DNA of 64,000 nucleotides from Anaeromyxobacteraceae bacterium (GTDB lineage Bacteria; Myxococcota; Myxococcia; Myxococcales; Anaeromyxobacteraceae): positions 1,024,001-1,088,000 of the forward strand of contig JAULAX010000015.1 in NCBI GenBank assembly GCA_032654565.1, read 5' to 3'. The notes under the pieces are model-generated. The model searched no databases, was not told the DNA's origin, and saw nothing but the letters and a program-made list of their open reading frames with translations. Made by a program: the position numbers and the translations under genes. The number at the start of each line of letters is the position of its first letter. Position 1 is the first letter of the stretch. Below, one piece after another: positions 39,771 to 50,342 of the stretch.

Positions 39771-41915
39771 ATGTCCGCCCGCCTCGACGCCACCCGCGTC
39801 CTCCTCCGCATCGCCTTCCGCAACCTGGTGGCCAGCCGGGTGCGGACGGTGATCATCGGCCTCATCGTCCTGGTCGGCGCCCTCATCGTGGTGGTGGGGG
39901 CCTCGCTGATGGACAGCATCGACCGGGGCATGCGCACCTCCATCCAGGGCAGCCTGGGCGGGCAGCTGCAGGTCTACCAGTCCACCTCGGAGGGGCAGCT
40001 GGAGCTCTACGGCGGCCTGCGCGGCGAGTCGCTGCTCGACCCCATCCCCGACTTCGCCAGGGTCAAGCAGGTGCTCTCCGGGGTGCCCAACGTCAAGATG
40101 ATCGTCCCCATGGGGATCGACCAGGCGCTGGTGGCCACCGGCAACGCCTTCGACGTCACCCTGGCCAGGCTGCGCGACGACGTGCGCCGGCTGCAGGCCG
40201 AGCCCGGCGACGCCGGGGCCCGGCGCGGCCTGGAGGCGCGGCAGGCCCACGTCCGTCGCCTCATCGCCCTGCTCTCCGAGGAGCTCAACCAGGCCCGGGT
40301 GCTGGTCGACCCCAACGGCCGCGACGCCGCCATGCGCCGGGCCCAGCGGGCCGACCTGGACCGGGCCGCGGCGCCCGCCTTCTGGACCGAGTTCGAGCGC
40401 GACCGGCTGGCCGGCCTGGAGTTCCTCGAGAACAAGGTGGCGCCGCTGGCCATGGACTCCGGCTTCACCTTCATCCGCTACGTCGGCACCGACGTCGACG
40501 CCTTCATGAAGGCCTTCGACCTCGCCGAGATCGCCGAGGGCCAGGTGGTCCCCCCGGGGCAGCGCGGCATCCTGCTCGGCAAGCAGTACGCCGAGGAGTG
40601 GCTGAAGCTGAAGAACGCCCGCCGGCTCGACCAGATCAAGGACAAGCGCGACCGCTTCCACGCCCGCATCGCCAAGGAGGAGGAGCTGCAGCGCTGGGTG
40701 AAGGACACCCGGAGCCGGGCCCGCGAGATCCTGGTCCAGCTCGACCCGCTGCAGGCGGCCGAGGCGGAGCGGCGGCTGCGGCCGGCGCTCAGGGCGCCCG
40801 AGGGCGAGGCCCTGCCGGCGCTGCTGGCGCGGCTCTTCGACCTCGACGACGCCAACTTCGACGACCACTACCGGATCTTCTACGCCGAGCTGGCCCCGCT
40901 GCTGCGCCTCTACCAGATCAGCGTCGGCGACGTCATCACCATCAAGGCCCCGGGCAAGACCGGCGCCTTCAACGCCGTCAACGTCAAGGTGTACGGCTTC
41001 ATCCAGTTCAAGGGGATCGAGAAGTCGGGCATCGCCGGCACCACCAGCGTCATGGACCTGCAGTCGTTCCGCGACCTCTACGGCTACGTCACCCGGGAGA
41101 AGGCCGAGGAGTCGTCGCGGATCCGGGCCCGCATGGGCGCCACCGCCGTCTCGCGGGAGGACGCCGAGGCGGCGCTCTTCGGCGGCGGGGCCTCGGCGGC
41201 GCTGGTGGAGACCACCCGGGCCGCGGCCATCGACGAGAAGGCCCTGCTGGCCGGCGTCGCCGACAAGCGCAAGACGGCGCTGGCCGAGGAGACCCGGGCC
41301 TACAGCCAGGAGGAGATCGACGCCGGGGTGGCGCTCAACGCCGCCATCCTGCTCGACGACCCCCGCCGGCTCCGCGAGTCGCAGGCGGCGGTGCAGGCCG
41401 CCGCCGACGCCGCCGGGCTGAAGCTCAAGGTCATCGACTGGGAGGCGGCCTCGGGGATGGTCGGGCAGTTCGTGCTGCTGCTGCGCGGTATCCTCATCTT
41501 CGCGCTGATCATCTTCTTCGGGGTGGCGCTGGTGATCATCAACAACGCCATGGTGATGGCGGCGCTGGCGCGGGTGAAGGAGGTGGGCACCATGCGGGCC
41601 ATCGGCGCCCAGCGGCGCTTCGTGGTGGCCATGCTGCTGGTCGAGATCATCTCGGTCAGCGTGGTCTTCGGCCTGGCCGGCGCCGCCCTGGGCGGCGGGG
41701 TGGTGGCCCTGATCCGCGCCTCCGGCGGCATCCCCGCCACCAGCGACCTGCTCTTCTTCCTCTTCTCCGGCCCGTCGCTGATGCCGCGCATCGGCGGCGC
41801 CAGCGTGGCCGCCTCGCTCATCCTGGTGCTGGGCGTGGCCATCGCCTCCGCCCTCTACCCGGCCTGGATCGCCATGCGGGTCACCCCCGTCGAGGCGATG
41901 TCCACGGAGGACTGA
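39771..41915 (+). CDS. FtsX/LolC-like ABC permease with large periplasmic insertion
   Basis: IAFRNL, RVKEVGTMRAIGA, YPAWIAMRVTPVEAM. Confidence 0.88.
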   Translation: MSARLDATRVLLRIAFRNLVASRVRTVIIGLIVLVGALIVVVGASLMDSIDRGMRTSIQGSLGGQLQVYQSTSEGQLELYGGLRGESLLDPIPDFARVKQVLSGVPNVKMIVPMGIDQALVATGNAFDVTLARLRDDVRRLQAEPGDAGARRGLEARQAHVRRLIALLSEELNQARVLVDPNGRDAAMRRAQRADLDRAAAPAFWTEFERDRLAGLEFLENKVAPLAMDSGFTFIRYVGTDVDAFMKAFDLAEIAEGQVVPPGQRGILLGKQYAEEWLKLKNARRLDQIKDKRDRFHARIAKEEELQRWVKDTRSRAREILVQLDPLQAAEAERRLRPALRAPEGEALPALLARLFDLDDANFDDHYRIFYAELAPLLRLYQISVGDVITIKAPGKTGAFNAVNVKVYGFIQFKGIEKSGIAGTTSVMDLQSFRDLYGYVTREKAEESSRIRARMGATAVSREDAEAALFGGGASAALVETTRAAAIDEKALLAGVADKRKTALAEETRAYSQEEIDAGVALNAAILLDDPRRLRESQAAVQAAADAAGLKLKVIDWEAASGMVGQFVLLLRGILIFALIIFFGVALVIINNAMVMAALARVKEVGTMRAIGAQRRFVVAMLLVEIISVSVVFGLAGAALGGGVVALIRASGGIPATSDLLFFLFSGPSLMPRIGGASVAASLILVLGVAIASALYPAWIAMRVTPVEAMSTED

Positions 41916-41917
41916 CC

Positions 41918-43225
41918 ATGCTCCTCGTCGACCTGCAGGTGGCCGCCCGCAACCTCACCCGCCACACCCGGCGCAACCTCTTCCTGGGGGCGGCGCTGGC
42001 CTCGGTGACCGGGCTGCTGGTGCTGCTCGGCGCCCTCACCGCCGGCATCGAGGGGTCGATGATGGAGTCGGCCACCACCCTGCTGACCGGCGACGTCAAC
42101 GTGGGGGGCTTCTTCAAGGTCACCAGCGGCTCGGCGGCGCCGCTGGTCTCCGGCTACCCCAAGGTGCTGGAGCTCACCCGGGCGGCGGTCCCCGAGCTCG
42201 ACTACTTCACCGTCCGCGGCCGGGGCTGGGCCAAGGCGGTCTCCGACAGCGCCTCCATGGACCTGGTGCTGGGGGGCGTGGACATCGCCCGGGAGCCGGC
42301 GGTGCGGCGGGTGCTGCAGCCCCTCGGCGGCACCCTCGACGAGCTGGCCCAGCCCAACACCATGCTGCTCTTCCAGGGGCAGGCGGAGCGGCTCAAGGTC
42401 GGGGTCGGCGACGTCATCACCCTGTCGGCCCCCACCGAGCGCGGCGTCAACAACACCGTCGACCTCCGCGTGGTGGTGGTGGTGAAGAACGTCGGCATCA
42501 TGTCGGCCTTCTCCGCCTTCATGCAGGCCGACACCCTGCGCGGGCTCTACGGCCTCTCCCCGGAGGCCACCGGCGCCATCCACCTCTTCCTCAAGGACCG
42601 CGGCCAGGCCAACCTGGTGGCGGCCCGGCTGCGCGAGGAGTTCCAGAGGCAGGGCTACCGGGTCATGGAGCCGGATCCGCAGCCCTACTACATGAAGCTC
42701 TTCCAGACCGTCCCCAGCGAGGACTGGACCGGCCAGAAGCTCGACATCACCACCTGGGAGGACGAGCTGGGCCAGTTCAAGCAGTTCATCTGGGGCATCA
42801 AGGTCTTCACCGGCCTGCTGGTCTTCATCCTCATGGTGGTGATCGTCATCGGCATCCTCAACACCCTGGCCATCGCCATCCGCGAGCGCACCCGCGAGAT
42901 CGGCACGCTGCGGGCCATCGGCATGCAGCGGCGAAAGGTGCTCTGGCTCTTCGTGCTGGAGACCCTGCTGCTCGGCCTCGGGGGGTGCGCCTTCGGGGCC
43001 CTCGGGGCCACGGCGCTGGCCGCGGGCCTGAACGCCGCCGCCATCCACGTGCCCGAGGCGGTGCAGCTCTTCCTCTCCCAGGAGCACCTCACCTTCCAGC
43101 TGCGCCTCGGCGCCGCCGCCCAGGACGTCCTCTTGCTGACCCTGGTCACGGTGGTGGCCTCGCTGGGTCCGGCCCTGCGCGCCGCCCGCCTCAAGCCCAT
43201 CACCGCCATGCACCACATCGGGTGA
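41918..43225 (+). CDS. FtsX/LolE-like ABC permease
   Basis: AARNL, ERTREIGTLRAIGM, PALRAARLKPITAM. Confidence 0.9.
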   Translation: MLLVDLQVAARNLTRHTRRNLFLGAALASVTGLLVLLGALTAGIEGSMMESATTLLTGDVNVGGFFKVTSGSAAPLVSGYPKVLELTRAAVPELDYFTVRGRGWAKAVSDSASMDLVLGGVDIAREPAVRRVLQPLGGTLDELAQPNTMLLFQGQAERLKVGVGDVITLSAPTERGVNNTVDLRVVVVVKNVGIMSAFSAFMQADTLRGLYGLSPEATGAIHLFLKDRGQANLVAARLREEFQRQGYRVMEPDPQPYYMKLFQTVPSEDWTGQKLDITTWEDELGQFKQFIWGIKVFTGLLVFILMVVIVIGILNTLAIAIRERTREIGTLRAIGMQRRKVLWLFVLETLLLGLGGCAFGALGATALAAGLNAAAIHVPEAVQLFLSQEHLTFQLRLGAAAQDVLLLTLVTVVASLGPALRAARLKPITAMHHIG

Positions 43226-43230
43226 ACGCC

Positions 43231-44013
43231 ATGCACCGACTGCTCGCCGTCCTGCTCCTCGCCGCCGCCGCCGCCCCGGCCGCCGCCGCCGGGGTCGATC
43301 CCGCCACGCCGGAGGGGCTGGCCGCCCTCATCAAGCTCATCGACGAGCGCCAGCGCAACCAGGGGGACTGGAAGGCCCTCTGCTACATGGAGGCCAAGGA
43401 GAAGGGGAAGACCGACGTGGTCTCCGAGCTGCTGGTCTACCGTCGCGACGCCGACGAGAAGCAGATGTTCCTCTTCACCAAGCCCAAGGCCGAGGCCGGC
43501 AAGGGCTACCTGCGGCTGGAGAAGAACCTCTGGATGTACGATCCCGCCACCGGCCGCTGGGAGCGGCGCACCGAGCGGGAGCGGATCGGCGGCAGCGACA
43601 CCCGGCGCGGCGACCTCGACGAGTCGCGCCTGGCCGAGGAGTACGACGCCACCTTCAAGGGGGCCGAGCCGCTCGGCAAGTACCAGGCCTGGCACCTCTC
43701 GCTCAAGGTGAAGCCGGGGGTGGACGTGGCCTTCCCCCAGGTGGAGCTCTGGGTCGACCAGGCCACCCAGAACATCCTGAAGCGGCAGGAGCTGGCCCTC
43801 TCCGGCAAGCTGATGCGCACTGCCTACTACCCGCGCTGGAAGAAGGTGGCCTCGCCGTCCAAGGGGGGCGAGGTCTGGTACCCGGAGGAGATGCGCTTCT
43901 TCGACGAGATCGAGAAGGGCAACTCGACGCTGGTGCTGATCAAGGAGATCGACCTGCGCCCGCTCGAGGCCAACCTGTTCACCAAGGCGTGGCTGGAGTC
44001 GAGGAGCCGGTGA
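43231..44013 (+). CDS. LolA-like outer-membrane lipoprotein-sorting protein
   Basis: Signal peptide; FTKP..EAGKGYLR, NLWMYDP, IGGSD, NLFTKAWLE. Confidence 0.8.
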   Translation: MHRLLAVLLLAAAAAPAAAAGVDPATPEGLAALIKLIDERQRNQGDWKALCYMEAKEKGKTDVVSELLVYRRDADEKQMFLFTKPKAEAGKGYLRLEKNLWMYDPATGRWERRTERERIGGSDTRRGDLDESRLAEEYDATFKGAEPLGKYQAWHLSLKVKPGVDVAFPQVELWVDQATQNILKRQELALSGKLMRTAYYPRWKKVASPSKGGEVWYPEEMRFFDEIEKGNSTLVLIKEIDLRPLEANLFTKAWLESRSR

Positions 44014-45599
44014 GCGCCCCCGCCGCCATCGCCGCCGCGCTGCTGCTGCTGGTCCCGGCCGCCGCCCCGGCGCAGGAGCGGCCCGCCGAGGCCGACCTGT
44101 TCGGCGCCCCGGCCGAGCCGCCCCGCGAGCCGCCCGGCGCCCCGCCCCCCGCCCCGGCGCCACTCTCCCCCGGCCAGGCCGCCGGCGGGGACCGGCGCGG
44201 CGATGCCATCCTCGGCGAGGCGGGCGGCTCGAGGACCACCGGGCTCATCGGCGGCGAGCGGGAGGACTGGCTCAAGCTGGGCGGCCTCGCCTACCTGCGG
44301 GCCGGCACCACCTGGAGCCGCGACACCGCCCCGGCCCGATGGACCTTCACCGACCCGTCCCTCCTCGACCTCTACCTCGACGCCCGGCCCAACGACCGGG
44401 TCCGCGCCTACGCGCTGGGCCGGCTCATCTACCTGCCCTCGGGGAGCGGCGGCGGCCTGGCGGCGCTCGGGGTGCCGGGCACGGGGAGCGGCGCCACCGC
44501 GGGGGCCACCAGCCGCGGCGCGCTGGACCAGCTCTGGATCAACTTCGACGTCGGCCGCACCGTCTTCGTCACCGCCGGCAAGCAGCACGTCAAGTGGGGC
44601 ACCGGCCGCTTCTGGAACCCCACCGACTACCTCCACCCCACCCGGCGGGACCCGCTCACCCAGTTCGACGATCGCGGCGGCGTCATGATGGTCAAGGCCC
44701 ACCTGCCCTGGGAGAAGCGCGGCTGGAACCTCTACGGCGTGGCGCTGCTGGAGGACGTGGCCGGTGGGCTCCAGCCCGACGGCACCACCCGGACCGTCTC
44801 CACCCTCGGCCAGGTGGGTGGCGGCGCCCGCGCCGAGGTGGTGCTGGGCGGCCTCGAGCTGGCGGTGGACGGCGTGGCGCAGCGGGGCCACGCCCCCCGC
44901 TTCGGCGTCGACGGCTCCTTCCCGCTCGGCGACCTCGACCTGCGCTTCGAGGTGGCGCTGCGGCGCGGCCCCGACCAGCCCCGCTGGGAGAAGGTCCCCG
45001 GCGCCGCCCCCGGCGCCGAGCTGCTCTCCCGCTACCAGGTCAAGCAGTTCGACCGGATCACGCCGGCGGCGGTGGTGGGGGCGGAGTGGAGCTGGCAGTA
45101 CTCCGACCAGGACTCGCTCACGCTGGGCGGCGAGTACGCCTACGACGCCTCCGGGTACCGCTCCGCCGACATCTACCCGTTCCTGCTGGCGGCCCCGGTG
45201 GTGTCGCAGTACCTGCCTGGCCTCGCCGCCGCCGACCAGCGCAACGGCTTCACCCCCTTCTACCTGGCGCGGCAGTACCTCGGCCTCTACCTCTACCTGC
45301 CCCGGCCCGGCTCCTGGAATGACACCAGCGTCACGCTCTCGGCGCTGGGCAGCCTCACCGACGGGTCGGGGGTGGTGCGGCTCGACCACTCGGTGCTCAT
45401 CAACACCTACCTCAAGCTCGAGACCTTCGTGGCCGGCCACGTCGGAAACGAGGGCGGCGAGTTCCGCTTCGGCGGCACCATCGCGCCGCAGTACCTCGGC
45501 ACCGGACCGCTGCCCCCCTCCGTCCCGGTCTACACCCCCACCATCCGCATCGAGCCGCCGGTCCTCGACTTCGGCGTGGCGCTCCGGGTGTCGCTGTAG
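44010..45599 (+). CDS. Putative outer-membrane beta-barrel protein
   Basis: Signal peptide; TAGKQHVKWG.G.FWNPTD; amphipathic strands; C-terminal GVALRVSL. Confidence 0.7.
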   Translation: MSAPAAIAAALLLLVPAAAPAQERPAEADLFGAPAEPPREPPGAPPPAPAPLSPGQAAGGDRRGDAILGEAGGSRTTGLIGGEREDWLKLGGLAYLRAGTTWSRDTAPARWTFTDPSLLDLYLDARPNDRVRAYALGRLIYLPSGSGGGLAALGVPGTGSGATAGATSRGALDQLWINFDVGRTVFVTAGKQHVKWGTGRFWNPTDYLHPTRRDPLTQFDDRGGVMMVKAHLPWEKRGWNLYGVALLEDVAGGLQPDGTTRTVSTLGQVGGGARAEVVLGGLELAVDGVAQRGHAPRFGVDGSFPLGDLDLRFEVALRRGPDQPRWEKVPGAAPGAELLSRYQVKQFDRITPAAVVGAEWSWQYSDQDSLTLGGEYAYDASGYRSADIYPFLLAAPVVSQYLPGLAAADQRNGFTPFYLARQYLGLYLYLPRPGSWNDTSVTLSALGSLTDGSGVVRLDHSVLINTYLKLETFVAGHVGNEGGEFRFGGTIAPQYLGTGPLPPSVPVYTPTIRIEPPVLDFGVALRVSL

Positions 45600-45703
45600 G
45601 CCAATCGCGCCGGCTTCAGCCGGCGCAGTCCGGAACCCGGCAGGCCGGGTCTCTTGCCGAACCCTCCGGGTCGGCGCAGGCTCTCACCGGCATGGAGGTG
45701 GAG

Positions 45704-45742
45704 ATGGACGATCTGGAGCTGAAGGAGAGGGTCCGGCGATGA
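45704..45742 (+). CDS. Putative leader peptide MDDLELKERVRR coupled (ATGA) to the next ORF
   Basis: SD GGAGGTGG upstream; alternative ATG at 45692; TGA overlaps ATG 45739. Confidence 0.3.
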   Translation: MDDLELKERVRR

Positions 45743-45894
45743 GCGACATGATGCAGATGGCGCTCTTCGTCCTGGGCTGGTTCGTGCTCCAGAACTGGGT
45801 GTTCCCGAGGCTGGGCATACGAACTTGAGGCGTCCCCTACCGCCCCCGTGATGGGGTGGCCAGCGACGACGACAAGACCAGGCCGGGGTGCTGA
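45739..45894 (+). CDS. Small membrane protein, probably a selenoprotein (TGA 45826-45828 read as Sec; 51 aa)
   Basis: SD AAGGAGAGG; MSDMMQMALFVLGWFVLQNWVFPRLGIRT-U-GVPYRPRDGVASDDDKTRPGC; hairpin 11 nt after the TGA. Confidence 0.6.
45831..45868 (+). ncRNA. Candidate bacterial SECIS element
   Basis: Upper stem CCGCCCC-cgtgat-GGGGTGG (45840-45859); lower stem CGTC/GACG. Confidence 0.5.
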
Positions 45895-45900
45895 CGGCCA

Positions 45901-46050
45901 ACCGCGCCGGCCTTCAGCCCGCGCAACCCCAATCGCGCGGGCTTCAGGCCGCGCAACCCCAATCGCGCGGGCTTCAGGCCGCGCAACCCCAATCGCGCGG
46001 GCTTCAGGCCGCGCAACCCCAATCGCGCGGGCTTCAGCCCGCGCAACCCG
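45901..46050. repeat. Five tandem 30-bp palindromic REP-like units, plus a solitary related copy at 45601-45627
   Basis: AATCGCGCGGGCTTCAG(G/C)CCGCGCAACCCC x5, no spacers. Confidence 0.92.
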
Positions 46051-46093
46051 AAACGACCAGGACCGAGTCGCCTGTGGAACCACCTCCGACATG

Positions 46094-46127
46094 AAAAGAC
46101 CGGGTCTCCTCGCGGAGACCCGGTCTT
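46094..46127 (-). terminator. Intrinsic terminator downstream of maeB (possibly bidirectional)
   Basis: Perfect 14-bp stem AAGACCGGGTCTCC-tcgc-GGAGACCCGGTCTT ending in a short U run on the minus strand. Confidence 0.8.
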
Positions 46128-46163
46128 GATGTTTCCGTGTTGCGCGGCGCGAGCGCCGCGCCT

Positions 46164-48479
<2,316 letters not shown>

Positions 48480-48533
48480 CGCTCGTCCTCGTAGACGTTG
48501 GGTGGGAGGCTCGCTCGTGTTTGTAGGGCGGGG

Positions 48534-48562
48534 AGAAAAGCGCCATCGAGCAGAGGTGTCAA
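48534..48562 (-). promoter_or_regulatory. Putative sigma70 promoter of maeB (TTGACA-17-TTTTCT)
   Basis: Consensus -35 with a 17-nt spacer, about 55 bp upstream of the start. Confidence 0.45.
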
Positions 48563-48794
48563 GCGATCATGCGACGCAGGCACGTCTTTTGCAGAAGTAG
48601 ACATCGTCGGTGGGTGAAGTCGCCCGGCGCAGCGCGGAATCGCGCGCCGCAGAGCCAATCCACCGATCGGACTCGGTTGACGCAGAGCGCTAGGTGCCCG
48701 CGTCCCAGCCGGCCGCGTCGCCTCGAACGCAGGAGCGCGAAGCGGGCGATGCGGTGAATGGCCCGGCCCGGGTGCGTGGTAGCTTCCTCCTCGC

Positions 48795-50024
48795 CTGGCC
48801 ACCACACCCTTCACCTTCCACTTCGGCGACCGCCGCGAGCACCTGGTCGCGCTGCTCCGCTGGATCCCGCTCGGCGCGCTGGTGGGGGTGGTCTGCGGCG
48901 CCGGCTCGGCCCTCTTCCTCTGGCTGCTGGAGCGGGCCACCGGCTGGCGCACCGGCCACGAGCTGATCGTCTACGCCCTGCCGCTGGCCGGCCTCCTGCT
49001 CGGCTGGGTGCAGCAGCGCTACGGGCAGGCGGTGAAGGCCGGCAACAGCCTGGTCATCGACACCATCCACGACGACGGCCCGGAGCTGCCGTTCCGCATG
49101 GCGCCGCTGGTGCTGGGCGGCACGGTGGTGACGCATCTCTTCGGCGGCAGCGCCGGCCGCGAGGGGACCGCGGTGCAGATGGGGGCCAGCCTCACCGACT
49201 GGCTCTCGCACCGGCTCGGGCTCTCGCCCGTGCTGCGCCGGCAGCTGCTGGCGGCCGGCGTGGCCGGCGGCTTCGGCTCGGTCTTCGGCACGCCCATCGC
49301 CGGCGCCGTCTTCGGCCTCGAGTTCGTGGTGCTGGGGCGGCTCGAGTACGGGGCGCTGGTGCCGGCGCTGGTGGCGTCGCTGGTCGGCGACCTGGTCACC
49401 CGCGGGCTCGGCATCGTCCACACCGCCTACCCGGCGGCCCCGGTGGTGGCGCTCGACCTGCCGCTGCTGGGGAAGTGGGTGGTCTTCGCGGTGGCCATGG
49501 CGCTGGCCGCCACCGCCTTCATCGAGCTGACCCACGCGCTGAAGCGGACCGCGGAGCGGCGCATCCCCTGGGCGCCGGCGCGCCTCTTCTTCGGGGGCGT
49601 GGCGGTGGTGCTGCTCTGGAGGCTGGCCGGCACCTCCGACTACCTCGGCCTGGGCATGCCCACCATCGTCCGGGCCTTCACCGATCCGGCGCTGCCGGCC
49701 ACCGCCTTCGCCTGGAAGCTGCTCTTCACCGCCGTCACCATCGGCTTCGGCTTCCTCGGCGGCGAGGTGACGCCGCTCTTCTTCATCGGCGCCGCGCTCG
49801 GCAACCTGATGGCGCTGCTGCTCGGCCTGCCGCTGGGGCTGGGGGCCGGGGTGGGGATGGCGGCCGTCTTCGCCGCCGCCTCCAACACCCCGCTGGCCCT
49901 CTCCATCATGGCGCTGGAGCTGCTCGGCGCCGGGGCCTTCCCGCACGTGGTGGTGGTCTGCGTGGTCGCCTGGGTGGTCTCCGGCCGGCGCAGCATCTAC
50001 CCGGCGCAGCTCACCGTCCGCTGA
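48795..50024 (+). CDS. CLC-F type fluoride/H+ antiporter (EriC-like); start codon uncertain (CTG 48795 or GTG 48882)
   Basis: CLC-F signatures GNSLV (GNNLI-like), GREGT, GGEVTP. Confidence 0.85.
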   Translation: MATTPFTFHFGDRREHLVALLRWIPLGALVGVVCGAGSALFLWLLERATGWRTGHELIVYALPLAGLLLGWVQQRYGQAVKAGNSLVIDTIHDDGPELPFRMAPLVLGGTVVTHLFGGSAGREGTAVQMGASLTDWLSHRLGLSPVLRRQLLAAGVAGGFGSVFGTPIAGAVFGLEFVVLGRLEYGALVPALVASLVGDLVTRGLGIVHTAYPAAPVVALDLPLLGKWVVFAVAMALAATAFIELTHALKRTAERRIPWAPARLFFGGVAVVLLWRLAGTSDYLGLGMPTIVRAFTDPALPATAFAWKLLFTAVTIGFGFLGGEVTPLFFIGAALGNLMALLLGLPLGLGAGVGMAAVFAAASNTPLALSIMALELLGAGAFPHVVVVCVVAWVVSGRRSIYPAQLTVR

Positions 50025-50093
50025 CCGCGCCGCCCGGGCCGGCCGGGGCGGGCGCGATTCCGCGGCGCCCGGCGGCGGGCTAGCATCGCCGCC

Positions 50094-50342
50094 ATGCCCG
50101 ACCCCACCGCGCCGTCCCCGTCCCGCCGGTCCTTCCTCCGGCTCGCCGCCGTGGCCCCGCTGGCCGCCGCCGGCTGCGTCACCCTCAAGCTCGGCCCGGC
50201 CCACGAGCCGGCCGCCGGCCCCTCCAGGCCGGACGCCGGGGGCGGCGACCCGCTGGCCGCGGTCCGCGCCGTGCCGCTGGCCTTCGCCGTCGAGCCGGCG
50301 CTGGTCTTCCGGGCCCTGGGTGGCCGCGGGAGGTGCGGGTGA
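50094..50342 (+). CDS. Small Tat-signal protein preceding the amidase
   Basis: SRRSFLRL twin-arginine motif, AAGC lipobox-like, C-terminal VEPALVFR; GTGA overlap. Confidence 0.7.
   Translation: MPDPTAPSPSRRSFLRLAAVAPLAAAGCVTLKLGPAHEPAAGPSRPDAGGGDPLAAVRAVPLAFAVEPALVFRALGGRGRCG

Noticed and set aside
45740..45742. Sec read-through of the uORF TGA
   Set aside because: Further in-frame stops follow within 3 codons and there is no suitable hairpin
45901..46050. 30-bp repeats as a CRISPR array
   Set aside because: Units are contiguous with no unique spacers, and there are no cas genes
48744..48775. GGCGATG as a fluoride riboswitch
   Set aside because: It lacks the GTTCRCC pairing and the downstream GCTRATGAC..CTAC segment
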